Of a stretch of 64,000 nt of DNA, positions 25,081-38,837 are shown piece by piece. How positions within the stretch are numbered: the stretch's first letter is position 1; each line of letters begins with the position of its first letter. The notes beneath the pieces were generated by a model. That model saw nothing but the letters and a program-made list of their open reading frames with translations, did no database searches and was not told the origin of the DNA. Source of the DNA: Adineta vaga (Eukaryota > Animalia > Rotifera). The stretch is taken from the NCBI GenBank assembly GCA_021613535.1, contig CP075493.1, forward strand, positions 496,001 through 560,000, written 5' to 3'. A program made the translations under genes and the position numbers.

Positions 25081-28000
25081 ATTCGGCTTAAGTGTATGGG
25101 ATTCTGAATGTATGTGTTCTTGTGAACTTCTTTGGCAGGTCGTACTAGGCAACTTTTTATGAAATGGTATAATTTTGGCGAATTATTGCTATGATACATA
25201 TATATATATACTAATGTTAATGTCTACCAGTGCTAAGCCGGCCAGTCTGTCTACAAAAGCACTGATCCGGATCAGTATGTGCTCAAAATTCAGGTATTTC
25301 TGGTTACGCTCTTCTACACTTATTTTTGTCCTAATCTTTCTAGGCACATATTCGATTGTGCACTCTTACAAAACTCATGCACACACACACAGCACATATA
25401 TTTATGTTTATTTTTCAAAAGTAAACTTCACTCAATTAAATCTGATACATGTACAACAAAAATACTAAAAATGTCTGATGTATAAGTTTGTGTTTCTGTT
25501 GCCATTGTTTGTAACATCTATGACATCGGCAATATAAGAGATGCAGCCGTCGTTTGATATGTATGCTCGTTATGTTTGTTGTCGATTGAAAGCATCGGAT
25601 ATTAGATCACCTGAATTATATGTAGTGTTGATGATGTTGCCTTTACCACTTTATGTGAGTTACACAAACCTCGGGTACAAGAATATTTCCGACGAGGAGA
25701 GTAAATTCCATTGCCACATATGTATTTGATTTCTTCCTGTAATGTACTTCGGAATAGTGGTCATATGAAATGGCGCATCAAGTGTTTTAAACGACATGTA
25801 ACCATTCAAATTGCGGGAGTTCGATTAGTTCAGTTTACTTCGTTATCTGCTTGACTGCCACATCTGATTGTAATCCAGTCCTCACCGATTGTTGGGTGGA
25901 TTTATGTTGCAATCATATTCCATGATAAATGAGATGAAGAAGAGACTTTTCGTTTCATTTCCACCACCATTCGGATCCATCGATAACATCAATTAATTAA
26001 TGTTGAAGTATATGCAGAACAATGAGTATAGAGGAAGGGACGAGGTATGAAAAATAGAGAGAGATGGAATGAATTTCGCAGTACAAGCTTTCGCATTTCA
26101 CTTCCGTCAAACGGGTAAAAGTGGACTACGAAAGTCTGCTCTGAGAAATTCACGTTGCCCAGAGAGATGGGAAACGTATGAGACGCAAATGTGTGAAAAG
26201 TAGAGAAAAATCTCTACTCGCTGTTCCGTTTCAAATATCGCTTGGTCTTAGCAATACCCCCAACTGCTGACTGTTGCAGTTGTATGCAGAACAACAAGTA
26301 GAGAAAAAGAGAATGAATTTCGCAGTACAAGCTTTCGTATTGCACTTTTATTAAAGGAAGAAAGTGGACTACGAAAGTCTGCTCTGCGAAATTCCCATTT
26401 CCAAAAGAAAAGGGTGAAAAAACTTACCTTCTATCAATATACGCGAGTTTTTATAAACGATTGGTATTTACGAACGAAACGTTTTTTCGTCATACCCATA
26501 CTCAGAGGAGAAAAATATTTCTGTTTATTACCATTTTCTCTTCGTTTTCATATCTTTCATATGCGTAGGCAACACCAAGGACACATTTGTGTATGTGTTC
26601 TGTGTTAATTTTCATATTACCTTCATTTTTTCTGCGTCATTGACTTTCTTTTATTCACATATAGAAAGGATACCTGTCCATATTCATATATATACAAATA
26701 TGATTTATGGAAGGACAAAATGAGACATAGATATCAATATAGATTATTACCTTCGATCATCCTCGGTTGTATTAAACACATGTGACAACATCAGTGGACA
26801 GGAGAAAATTTTCTACACAAAAATGAAATGTATAAACAGAAAAACAATACAAAAGCACACAGTCTTTGAGCTATAATATAACTAAATTGTCGATTTGATT
26901 TTAAAAGTTCGATATTGAAATTTGGGTGTGAATATTTAATCAAAAATTAGAAAATATGGCTACTATATTGAACGTTATCATATATATTCTTTGTATCCAG
27001 AATGTATAGTTATATTGTAAGATAAACTCAGTTTCGATTGCAAAACGAATTGTAGAAAAACGTTTTCTCATAAATTTAAAATCGGATCTTTCTGAATAGT
27101 GACAAGAAGGTCTTGTTCTGTTTCGGTGAAACTCTCTTGTTATTTTTGAATACAGATACTTTCATTCTGAACATTTGTTTTTGTTGATCGTGAAATATCT
27201 TTTTTACAATCATTATTCTGAATACATATAGTCTTATGAGATTATCGATCTCTGATATATTCAATATAACAATAGTTCATTATGAAAAGTATCAAGGTTT
27301 TTGAGTGAAAATTCGCATTAGAACATCAAAGAAATTGTTTTGATAAATAAAAATATTTATTCCAATCATCATTTGATTTTGTTTGATGATTTTATTCTAT
27401 ATTTAACATCAAAATAAGCAACGTAAACAAAATAACTTTTTCATAAAAGATGAATACTGCATAAAACGAAATATCTGTCATTCTCAAGGTATCTCATCAA
27501 AAAGAATTGATGAAAAGCATATCATTCATAATGATCTGTCATTTCATTTCATTTCAAATGATAATTACCTTTCATATACACAATATTTTATCCTTGTGAA
27601 ACAACAAAATCGAGTTATATGGTAGAACGATAGATTATAACCATCATTCTTTTTTTTCTACGTTGCGAATAAAAACCTCTAGTAATATGTTCATATAAGC
27701 ACCTGTTTTATCTATACAACATAGAATTTATTCGTTATAATAAAAAATGATCACTGATATTTTTAAAATTAATCAAAATGGTTTAATGATAGTTGTGATT
27801 ATTATTTGTAGAGAAAATTGTGACTAAATTCTATTTTATTTTCATTTAATTTACTTTAAAAATAATTCATTATCTTCTTAAGAAATATCATTGAAAGAAA
27901 TAATAAAAGCAAGAAATAGGTGATAAAGAAAAATATTCATTATTATTATTACTATACTGAATCATTTCAATTTTGTTTTATTTTTGATCACATCATTACA

Positions 28001-28399
28001 AAACTGGAAGGATACACCATTTTATACTACAGTTAAGTTTCGTATAATACAAATTAAGAAAGAAGAGAACGAATAATGATGACAAGAAAAGTGAAGAATA
28101 AAAAGGCACAGTGTGTATACGACGTTGAATGACAATAAAACATTTATATAATAAGAATCTTAAACACAAGGACAATCTTTCATAAGGATGATATAGGATC
28201 TACACGCTAGGAAATTTAGTGCTCTACTAAACCTCCAGAAAAGGTTGCGTCCTTATAAAAAACTCCAAACGTGTTCACGCTTCCAAAAACGCAATAACAA
28301 CTCCTGCAAAACTATTAAAGATCGTCTCGTGTATCATCAGAAAGAACCATACCCTACGAAACTTTTTTTTGAAGTTCTGTGCACCAGAAATAGGGTCTG

Positions 28400-28692
28400 A
28401 GTGTCTTATTATTTTATGCTCACCCATACGCTCTCCAACATTTTCATCCTCATCCACATGCTCTAAAAGAACAAATCTATAACTACTTCGTGTTAAAGAG
28501 ATGATCGAATACGTGACCCGTTACAGAACTAATTTTGAACTTTTACCCAGACCAGGACTATGGGACCGAGAAAAAGTGGTTTTGCAGCTCCCTACTTTTG
28601 TCTTTAAGGGCAGATGAGAAATAAGAGTGAGGATATGTGGATGATGGTGAAAGTGTCAAAAGGCGTATGAGTGAACATAAAATAATAAGACA
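28400..28692. repeat. Degenerate inverted repeat (old MITE)
   Basis: GTGTCTTATTATTTTATGCTCACCCATACG (28401-28430) versus CGTATGAGTGAACATAAAATAATAAGACAC (28664-28693). Confidence 0.55.
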
Positions 28693-31600
28693 CGCACACT
28701 CACATCCCCAAGACTTTTATTATCTCGATCAAACAAGCTATTCTTATTTATTTTCGTTATGAATAGTTATCTTTTTATTATCAATAGTACTATTCTTTAG
28801 GTAAAAATAAATATTATTATTAATCACTCTTTATAATTATGTGGATAAATTCTTTGAATAATTGGTATATTCCAATGATTAATTTTAATAATGAAGTATA
28901 TTCAACTATTCAAATAAATAACGCTCGTCGAGGCTGACTCGCTTGTCCCTCGACTGAATTCTCTCCATTCAGCCTTCGTTATGTCTGCTTTCAATGAATT
29001 TTAAAAGCTTTCGCTCCCCGATTCACGAATCCGACAACGGATCTTATAGGATTGGATTCCTGGTGACGGAAATCCATTCGATTTCGACAGAAGAAAACTC
29101 ATTTGGTTGCTACAAGTTTTATAAACGACGTGTTTAGCTATATTGTATTATGGCCTTATGATCACCTAACGGATCTGTGAAAATCCGTTTGTTCGAATCT
29201 ATGGGATCCGACGTTGGATCCGAGCACGTCGAATCCAATGAATTTGTGTCACCAGGAATCCTATCGGATTTCATTGGATCGTCGTATTCTGATACAATCT
29301 AACAAAGACGGGTGGTAACACCTCGGGTGGTTCCTTCGTAAGTGTACGGCAAAGTGTATTTTTGAAACAGCAGGTGTCCGGGACACTTTCCATATGCTGA
29401 GTACAGTTACTGTTAGAAACCCTGCTCGCGACTTGCTGTTAACATGCACAATCTTTTTCCTATTTTCCCTTCAGTCAAACGAGAATCTTCACAAGTACCA
29501 AAAACAAACCCACCATAGTGGGTTAATTCGTAATCGAAGACTTGCAAAACTTACATAAGCGTAGGATTTTTAGTATATATTTTATTCATCTGTTCATTTT
29601 CAGGAAACCAATAACATACCGGATTCATTCTCAAAGGATCATCATCTAACTTCCCTCAAAGCGTCGTTTAAAGAACTTGAGACTCATTCAGATTCACACT
29701 TTAAACCATAACTCTTCAAATCAAGCTCTAATCGTTCGTCGGTCTTCCTCCGATCAGCCACTTACGACTAGCCGCTCTCTTGAGCACATCTACTTAGCCA
29801 TTATACAGTGGTCTTTTGCCTACAATCTTCCTTATTCAATTTCGTGGTTTTCCCATTTCACTCATCAGTCGTACTATGTAATCTGATTAAACAGTGTGAT
29901 TTATCCAAACTATTAGAGGATTTGTGACTATCTCAATATCCGATCCGATACAAACTTATATTAGTCTACAGGTGAGCATCGAAAGACCTACAGTTGACTG
30001 GATTTCTGAAACGAAGAAACATGAGCTACCCATAATCCAAGGTCAAGGATACGAATAACAGCAAAGTTAGAATATGAAACATTCCCTTTGGTCCCAGTCT
30101 GTTATCAAAAACCGCTGTGCCATTGAACAACCCTGGCATTTTGGAAACTTGTTTGGTTGACCTCAGAAACCGTGGTAGAGCGAGCTTTTTAAGCCATTTA
30201 GCGAACTTCAAAAAAATGTTTCTTTGACCTGCCACAAACAAATAAACACACCATTTTAGTATTTTTCATATCACCCTCCAGGCAGTCGAGGGAATATTTA
30301 AAAATGTTTTAGCGCAAATTCATTTTTTATCCATGAAATTTAGATCCAGATAATCAAAATGAATTCATTAAATTGCAAATAAAATACTTTGAATGATCAT
30401 AATCTCATGTAAACAGTAAATATGCATATATCGAATAAGAAAATGAATATTGTTAAAGAATTTTTCAGAATAAATTTAATAGTGAAATTTTTATCCAAGA
30501 TTTGAGTATTGCTCTATAAGATATTTAAAGTGCAATTTAATCTGAAATAAATAACGGTGTTTACAAAATCATTCAAAAAATCGATTGCAATTTCAAAATT
30601 ATATATTTCGAGCAATCTTTGGTTAATTAGGAGATAAACTATCGTGCAGTTATATATAAAATTTGTTACGAAATTGGTTTCTATGAATAAATAACTAGTT
30701 ATATAAGTTTAGAACAAAATTTGTGCTAAAGAAATGGATTTGTTGAACCTTTAATGGTTGATCAAAATATGAGTTATGTATATTTATATTTGTTGTAATC
30801 CTAAAATGAAGAGATGATTCAATCTAATTTCATGGTTTATAAAACGATGAATCTAATAATCGTAACGAAATGTTTTTTGGACCATTTGAGAGAAGGTATC
30901 AAGTTTTTTCAAATAAATTCTTTTTTGAATGTACACAAGTAAAAGAAAGTGAATGTAAATTATATGACAATCACAATCATTGGTCGATCGCTTGTAAAAT
31001 AATTTTAATCACATGTATTGAGAAAATCAATCGAGAATTGAAAAACTTAGGTTATTAAGATTTATTAATATCGTTCTAAAGACGGAGGAACATGTAGAAG
31101 AAGATGTTTGAAGGACAGTAAAACATTTAATCAAATTAGATTAAAGCAAGTATTGGATGTAAATATACTTCAGTGTTTCATCAATCAGTTCAAATAGAAA
31201 AATAAAGAAACATTTTATGACGTTAACTTTATGATTTAAATAAATGTTTTAAATGAAACTAAAATGACCGATCAATTATATTTTTCTTTTCATTTTTACA
31301 ATATGTGAGATCTTATTTTTCAACTTTCGTTTCATCATAGTTGAATCCGTGAGACTAATGTCCTCTTTTCTAACAATTAAGGATCATATATTCATTAGTC
31401 TAATCAACTAATTAGATAGATGTTTCGATTTAACACAGTACATGGAAATGAACCTAGAATATATTGATTTCGAGAGAAAGAAACTGAGGCATGTTGTTTT
31501 TGTCACTAGTATGAAAAAATATGTATGATTAGTTCAGAGATAATCTATGAATATTCTTCATTTAATTTTTTAAAGTCATGCAAATTTTTCTTTGATCTTG

Positions 31601-34600
31601 TTCTTATCTAAAACAGATAGTTCATTTGATTTATAGTAGATTAGAGAACATGACTATATAATAATGTAAGTGTAGTTAAACTATTAAAGTGATTATATTC
31701 TAATTATTATAAAAAAGAAATCATTCTATTCCCATGTTTGATATTCCAGAACATATATTATTAATAAATACGTTCACATCAGATTGATTAATAAAAATTT
31801 TCTTAAATAATAATGATCTATTATTAAATTATCTATGGAGTAACAACACTGAAAACATTTGTATAAGTGTTTTCTATTATAAGCTTAGAATAGTTTTCCA
31901 ATGTAGCTTATCTACGAAATCTCATTTCAATTTATTCTTTTTCTCACACCGACGAAGACTTAATTATGATCCAATAAAAAAATGTGGATTAAGTACCAAA
32001 TTTAAACGATCGAATTTCAATAGAAAAAATCTTCTAGATAGTCTGTTCATTTAATCTTGAAAAATAAATTTTATTTTGTATTATGAATTATATGATTTAG
32101 ATTTAGGTGATTGTAGAATTTGAAATATAAATTCATAGACTGATTTAGCAATCATAAATCCTTTTAAACCTTTATAATTCTCCAGAAATTTTTCACAGGG
32201 ATACTTTAGAATTAGATGCATTATCATAGACTTTTGTTTTAATTGAGTAGATTTTGATGCAGTGATTTTATCCATTAGTCCAAGTGCTCCTTTTTTTTAT
32301 TAAGATTAAAATATTACACTCCACACAATCATTGACCGAGAACAAAACAAATTTAACGAATATTATTCTTAAGTTTTATATCTGTACTGTTGCTAGTATA
32401 ATCGCTTTTTTTTCTTAGGTATTAAATTTGATTCCTATAAAGGAATCGAACTGATCTTTCCATTAGATATATACTTTAAGATATCGGTTATTTAAATGAC
32501 AACGATTAAATATAGCACTATAGTATCATTTAACAAAAACGAATATTCTGTTCATCAACACAAAATATATTTCTATTTTCTATTTAGCATTAGATCTATA
32601 CTGTGCTAGTGTCATCTATAGAAAAAAGATTCACGAGAAAGTTAAGAAAAAAAACATACAGCTCTAATCTACACATTATAACGATTAAAACATTCATATT
32701 GTCAAGCTTTAGATATAAATACTTTCGAGAAAATATATAACCGATAAAAAAATAAAAGAACTTTTCATAGAATGTCTTATTCAATTGGAAAAAATAGAAT
32801 TTCTGACAATTATTTTAATAAATAAATTTAAACAGAAGTATTTTTCGTACAAGATGTAATATCGCATTTCTATAAATTGTCTATACAATTAATTTATTCT
32901 TGAAGAATATTTTATATTAGAAATAATTGCTATAAAATATAACTACTATTTCTTTAAATTCTAGAATTTCTAAAAAAGTCGTACCATTCTTTTCTAGTAT
33001 TCTAGTACCGATTAAATTACAAAATTGATTCATTTTTTTTTGGGGGGGGGGGAAGATAATGGCACTGTTTCGCTTAAACAAATATGAAAAATAATTTGAC
33101 TGGATTTAGTTGAAGCAATAAAAATAGTTTTATTAAATTTAAAATTGATACCACTGAAAATTTTTTAATAAAAACTCAATCTCAGTAACGAATTCGTACA
33201 TAGAAAAGATGGCTAAAGAAAAAATAATTAATCTTTTAATGTTTTGATATATTTTCATTATCGGTACTTTTATAGAAAAGCTAGAAATTAAGTATTCGTT
33301 TGATGTTTAAATTTGCAGCCTTAGTTAATGTGGAATGATCATATTTTGTCTTTTCATTCCATGGAATAACAGGAAACAGATTTTTCGAAAGAGTCAAAGT
33401 GAAAAATATTTCTTTTGGTCTTTAAATTAGAAGAAAAGTCATTATGAATTTCATTTCTTGAGTGGAATATTAAATAAAAAAATAACTGCTCTTTACATGT
33501 GAGAACCTGTAACTGGTTGTTTTATTCAATGCAGTTCGATAAAAAAAGAAAGACAACTTTTTTTGGTATGGAGACGCAGATAGAATAAAAATGACTTAAA
33601 GACATCAGCCAATAAATTTTATTTTTAATCATAAAAAATAGTATGTGATCATATCTGATTAATTGGAACGAGATTTACTGTCAAGCTTAGCGTCATATTG
33701 CTTACCTGTGGATCTTTCGAATGAATGAAGACAGATTTTTTACTTTATTTTGTTATCAGAGTAATCATAACGAACAATATAAACAAATATTGATGATTAA
33801 CAGTATCAGATTGTGTTTCTCATGAGTTTTTCTGTACCAAATCAGTATAACTTATTCTTGAAATTAACATACAATAATATGCTTTATAGAAAAAACAGAA
33901 AGATATTGAAGTTATTTTTGATACAAGTGAGTTAGTGAAATAATTAAATCATTTGTTTGTATTTATGGTTTATGATTTGATATTGAGAGAAAGAACAACT
34001 TAACCTAAATGAGCAAAGTACACTCGAAACGCTTCTGTTATTAACCTAGTACTAATCTTTTCCTTATTTTTCATTTTTTTAAAAAGAATATGAGACGGTT
34101 TATTCGACGAAATCTCCTCTCAAGTTAATCTTATACATACCATTAAAATACAAAATTCAATTGAGAAAGGAATTCTTTTCAAATGCTTTTGATCACAACT
34201 TCTTCTTTAAGATGTTATGCGAACTATGGAAAACAGTTGTTCATTGACATCTTTCTCATCAAATAAAAAAACTGATTATTACTTTATCAGCAAACCAAAC
34301 AATATTTTTTCCCCACAATTATTTTGATTTCATAGATTTTACAAATATTTCTGTAAAACCAAAATCATGATTTTTTTAAAACTGAAACTCGTATTTTCAA
34401 TAAACTTAACATACTGATTTCACTTTCTGTTATTCTAAAAAAAAGTATTCAAAGGATACCAATCGATGAATAATCTCTTCTGCAAAGAAAACCAGTTAGA
34501 CTTCGATTTTCTTATTCCTTGTTCTTATATAGAAAAATTTTCTTTAATCTTAACAAAAAAAACAGCCTTTATTTTAACAAGAGTAATTCCAAACGATTTC

Positions 34601-34820
34601 TGATAAGTTCGTCATTCGATTTCTACAAAATATCTCTACTGTTTGTTTGAAAACACTAGTTGATTATTTATATTTCATTGTCATTCCGCTAAGCATTTCC
34701 AACACCATTATTTGAACAAAAAATTAAGACTTTCTCCTTCATCTCTATCACTCATAATAAAATAATCGAAAGATTTTGGTCAAAACAAGTGCATCAAATA
34801 CCATAAATCATATTACAAAT

Positions 34821-35190
34821 ATCGGTGTGAAGCTAGCACGACGGAGCTGGCACGATGAAATAAAGACTTAGCTAAAACGTTTTTCTATAAAGTACATCCA
34901 GGCCACAAAAACTAGTCCATTCGATTCAGAATTTAATTCTGCATCGAATGGTGCTACTTTTATTCACGAGACAAGCTTTGGAGAAATATGTTCTAGGTTT
35001 TAGTCTCTCACATAAGCGAAAAATAAAGTTGTGGGAAATTTTTTCCAAAGCTTGTCCCGTAAATAAAAGTGGTACCAATCGATGCAGAATCAAATTCTGA
35101 GTCGAATGGACTAGTTTTTATCGACGGGACATATTTTGTAAAACACTTTTTAGCTAAGTCTTTGTTTCGTCGTGCTAGCTTCACACCACT
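34821..35190. mobile_element. Mutator-type MITE related to the NOF-like element
   Basis: TIR GGTGTGAAGCTAGCACGACG / CGTCGTGCTAGCTTCACACC, and the whole body is palindromic. 9-10-bp TSD (T)ATTACAAAT at 34811-34820 and 35190-35199. Confidence 0.82.
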
Positions 35191-38100
35191 ATTACAAATC
35201 AGTCACTTTTGTATCCATTGATCAACTATTTTGAAACTGAAAGATTTTTCCAGATAGAACAATTTGTCGCTAAATAAATTCTATTGAACAATAAATAGTT
35301 TTCATCTGTCAATTAATTTTGTTATTGAACTTAAATAATTTTTATTCAAACAATAATTTATACTTTGTTAAGCTTCGTTCTAAAAATGCATCGAACAACA
35401 AAATTTCATAAAACATCCAACAAAACAGATTAATCATTTCATAAGTAAAACGACTGAACAAAAATTCAATTACATTTAGTGATCAAAATAAACATAATTC
35501 TCTTAGTGTTTAATAAAGCTCAATCCTATTATTAGATAAATGATTGTCGATAGATTTCAGTTAATTTTTGTAACTAAAACAATATGATTCTAAGTGAAAA
35601 ATAAAAGAAATTTGTTCATTTAATTAGTGAAATTACTATAAATGAATTCAACGTGATTTTGTAATTTAAGAAAACAAACTTCATTCTATCATTGAATACA
35701 ATATCGATAATATCATCAAATACGTGCTAGTCGATGTATTGAACGGGGTTTTCACATTTAAGCATTCAGAATATCATTGAAGATTAGTGAAAATTGGATA
35801 CTTCAATTATTTCAATGATAATCGACCAAATCAGCTTGATTTTATTATTATAATAATCAAAGTTCAATTAAAATTGAATAAACTTTCGATAATATCATTA
35901 GCTGACCATTTATTTATAAACTGGAAATTAATATGAAACGAAAATTAAAAAAATTGCAATTGGAAATACAAATAAATCTTTATAATAACATGAGATCAAT
36001 CGTTCTCAATGAATTGCAGACGAGATGAAAACTAGAATAATATACTTTCGTTGTAAATCAGAGAAAATTGCTATGGAATCATTATGTAAATCATAATCGA
36101 CGTATAAGTACACATTGTGTCGCTACATAATAAAATACAAATTGGAAACTTATTAAATAAATACTCACATGTCATTAGCTAGTTGATTCCGTATCATTTG
36201 TACATATTATTACCATTAAAACATTAGACTTAAATTAAACATAAAATAAAAATATATCAAACCATTGTTTTGATAACTATCAATCTTTTCCACACGTTTT
36301 TCATATCAAAATGAAAGTAATTTAATTATAAGTTCATTCTATAAAATGACCAAATCATTCATTTAATCAATGTTAAAGATACAGCTATCCTCTTGAAGTC
36401 AAAATATAGAAGAACTAATTGTAAACTAATTTAAATGAATAATATAAGACCAATTCTTTAATGATTTTACACAATATCCACGTGTTATTGAAATAAAACA
36501 ATTAGTACTTAAACTGTGAAATGCTGATTGAACGATTATTTTAATTACTATTGGAGAATTCCTTCTTCTTTTCAAATTAACATACGAAAAGTTTAATTAC
36601 AAATTCATTTAAATAATTTTCAAGTCATTCTCGTAATGATTGTAACATGATTGCACGTGTACTGTAAATAAAAACATTCGTTTAATAATATTTAAAAATA
36701 TGTACGTGTTCTTGAACCAACACTAATGATGTCTCGATTGCATATTGAATTATTACATTATAAATTGAATAAAATATTGATAAAGTCATTCAATCAATTG
36801 AAATTAGATAAAACTAAAGATAAATAATGGTTAACCTATTGTTCCTAAAGAAATAATGTAAATCAATGATTCCATCATTAAAAATACATTGAAGATACCA
36901 AACATAAATGACTGTTCATCAACTGTACATGAACAAATAATCAAAATTAATGAAACTATCGTTCAGATTAAATAAAAATTGAAAACTAGAGTTAATTATT
37001 GGTTCATCTATTCATCATAGTTAAATAATTATGATAAATGATTCCATCGTTCAAATGAAATAAAATATTGAATAACTATTAAAAGAATATACTAATTCAC
37101 CTATTGTATATAAACACATATTAGAGGATTAATAATACCATCTTCAAAATGGATAAAAATTAATAAAAATTAAATATAAGTCATTGTCCAGCAGCCATAC
37201 ATAAACAAACAATGATAAACTAATGATTATAAAATTAATATTGACTACAAAGTAAATAAAGAACAAGATTAATCATTAATAGCCAAAGAGAGATATGTAT
37301 ATCAGGATAATAAACGTCGTGACGATGGAAATGAATTAAAAGCAGACAGAAATTAAAGATAAATGACAATCCATCTTTTGTCTATAAACAAATAATTATT
37401 AGAAAGCATTCTATTTTTGTTAATAACTATAAAAATAAATAAAAATAAAAAGCAACTTGTTGTCTATTAATTCGATAAAAATAAACGATTATATTGTTCA
37501 CATGTAACTAACATTGAACAAAGGAAGAAAACAAATGTTTGAACATTATAATTGAAAATAAGCAAATAATGAAAAATGAATTTCATCAGTGTGAAGCTAG
37601 CATCACGAAACGCTAGCACCACGTAAAACAAAATCCAACTGGCCGAAAAATCGACCACTCAAAAAATTCAAAACCATGAAACACCATTATGGAGGCCAGG
37701 AATTGGACGATGGTCGCCATAGTAACACTATCTTCTAGTAACATTTTGTCAAAATTTAACCGCACACATTCCATAAAAACCGTCACCGAAAACATATTTC
37801 GAAACCAAATCGCATCTTCGAATGATACTCCCATAACTCATTTCCAATTCCAAACATCACTTATTCGAACATAATACGAAGAATACTTCACACAACTACA
37901 TTTCTTCCAAGCCATTCTGCCATCTATTTTCCGTGCAATCCACATATTCTCATTGCATCCCAGTTCATTATTAACACAGCATTTAACAAAGAGATCATGA
38001 TTAAAGACGCATTTCACGCTATGTAAGAAAACCAAGCTGAATCAATTTTCTCGAAGAATCGTTTTCCCGTGAATGAAAGTTGTTGCAGTCGATGCACAAT

Positions 38101-38837
38101 CGAATTCTACATCGGATAGAGTAGGTTCTATTCACGGGAATTCCTCACCGAGAGAAATTCTCTCCTCCAATATATGCAATGACACCTATATGAGTTCGAA
38201 GAAAAAAAAAGATTGTCTTTATTTCATCGAAGATTCGTTTTCCCGTGAATGAAAGTTGTTGTAGTCGATGCACAATCGAATTCTACATCGGATAGAGTAG
38301 GTTCTATTCACGGGAATTCGTTCTGAGGAGAAAATGTGTTTTGAATCAGGAATTGGGCAGCTAGTTTCATTGTTCAATGGAATTTGGAAATGAAATTGTG
38401 ATAGAATTGTTTTTTTTTGAGGTTTCGTTCTCTCGGTCGATAATAATATCATTTAAGTGGAATGTGCGCGATTGATTTCTGTTCGAGCAAAATGATGTTT
38501 CGGTTAAATGAGAACCTCAAGTGTGTAGTATAAGTTTGTTGGATGATTGCGTAAGTAGTCTTTTGAGTTTTTTGGTGTATATCATGTGTGTCGAAGATAA
38601 AAATCAGAATAATAAGTGTGTATGTGAAGAGAAAGGTTCGTATATTTATGTTTTAAGTTTTATTGATGTTCAAAAAATAAATCGTTTGGCAGAAGTATGT
38701 ATTTAAAAACGGTTTCTGAAATCGTCGTATGGTCTTTCATACCGTGACGACGTTTTAACTTCATGTTGCAAATTTGCAGAAGAAAAAGAGAATGCAATGA
38801 GTAAAGTTGTATGAGTCTAGTTTTTGAATATGCTGGA

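Noticed and set aside
28920-30300. Crypton- or Helitron-like termini (CCCTCGACTG...CAGTCGAGGG)
   Set aside because: Only a 10-bp inverted match and no recombinase or helicase ORF, which is insufficient to classify.
35600-37450. Decayed membrane-protein gene on the - strand (repeated DGII motif)
   Set aside because: Too many stops and frameshifts in very AT-rich DNA to support a call by eye.
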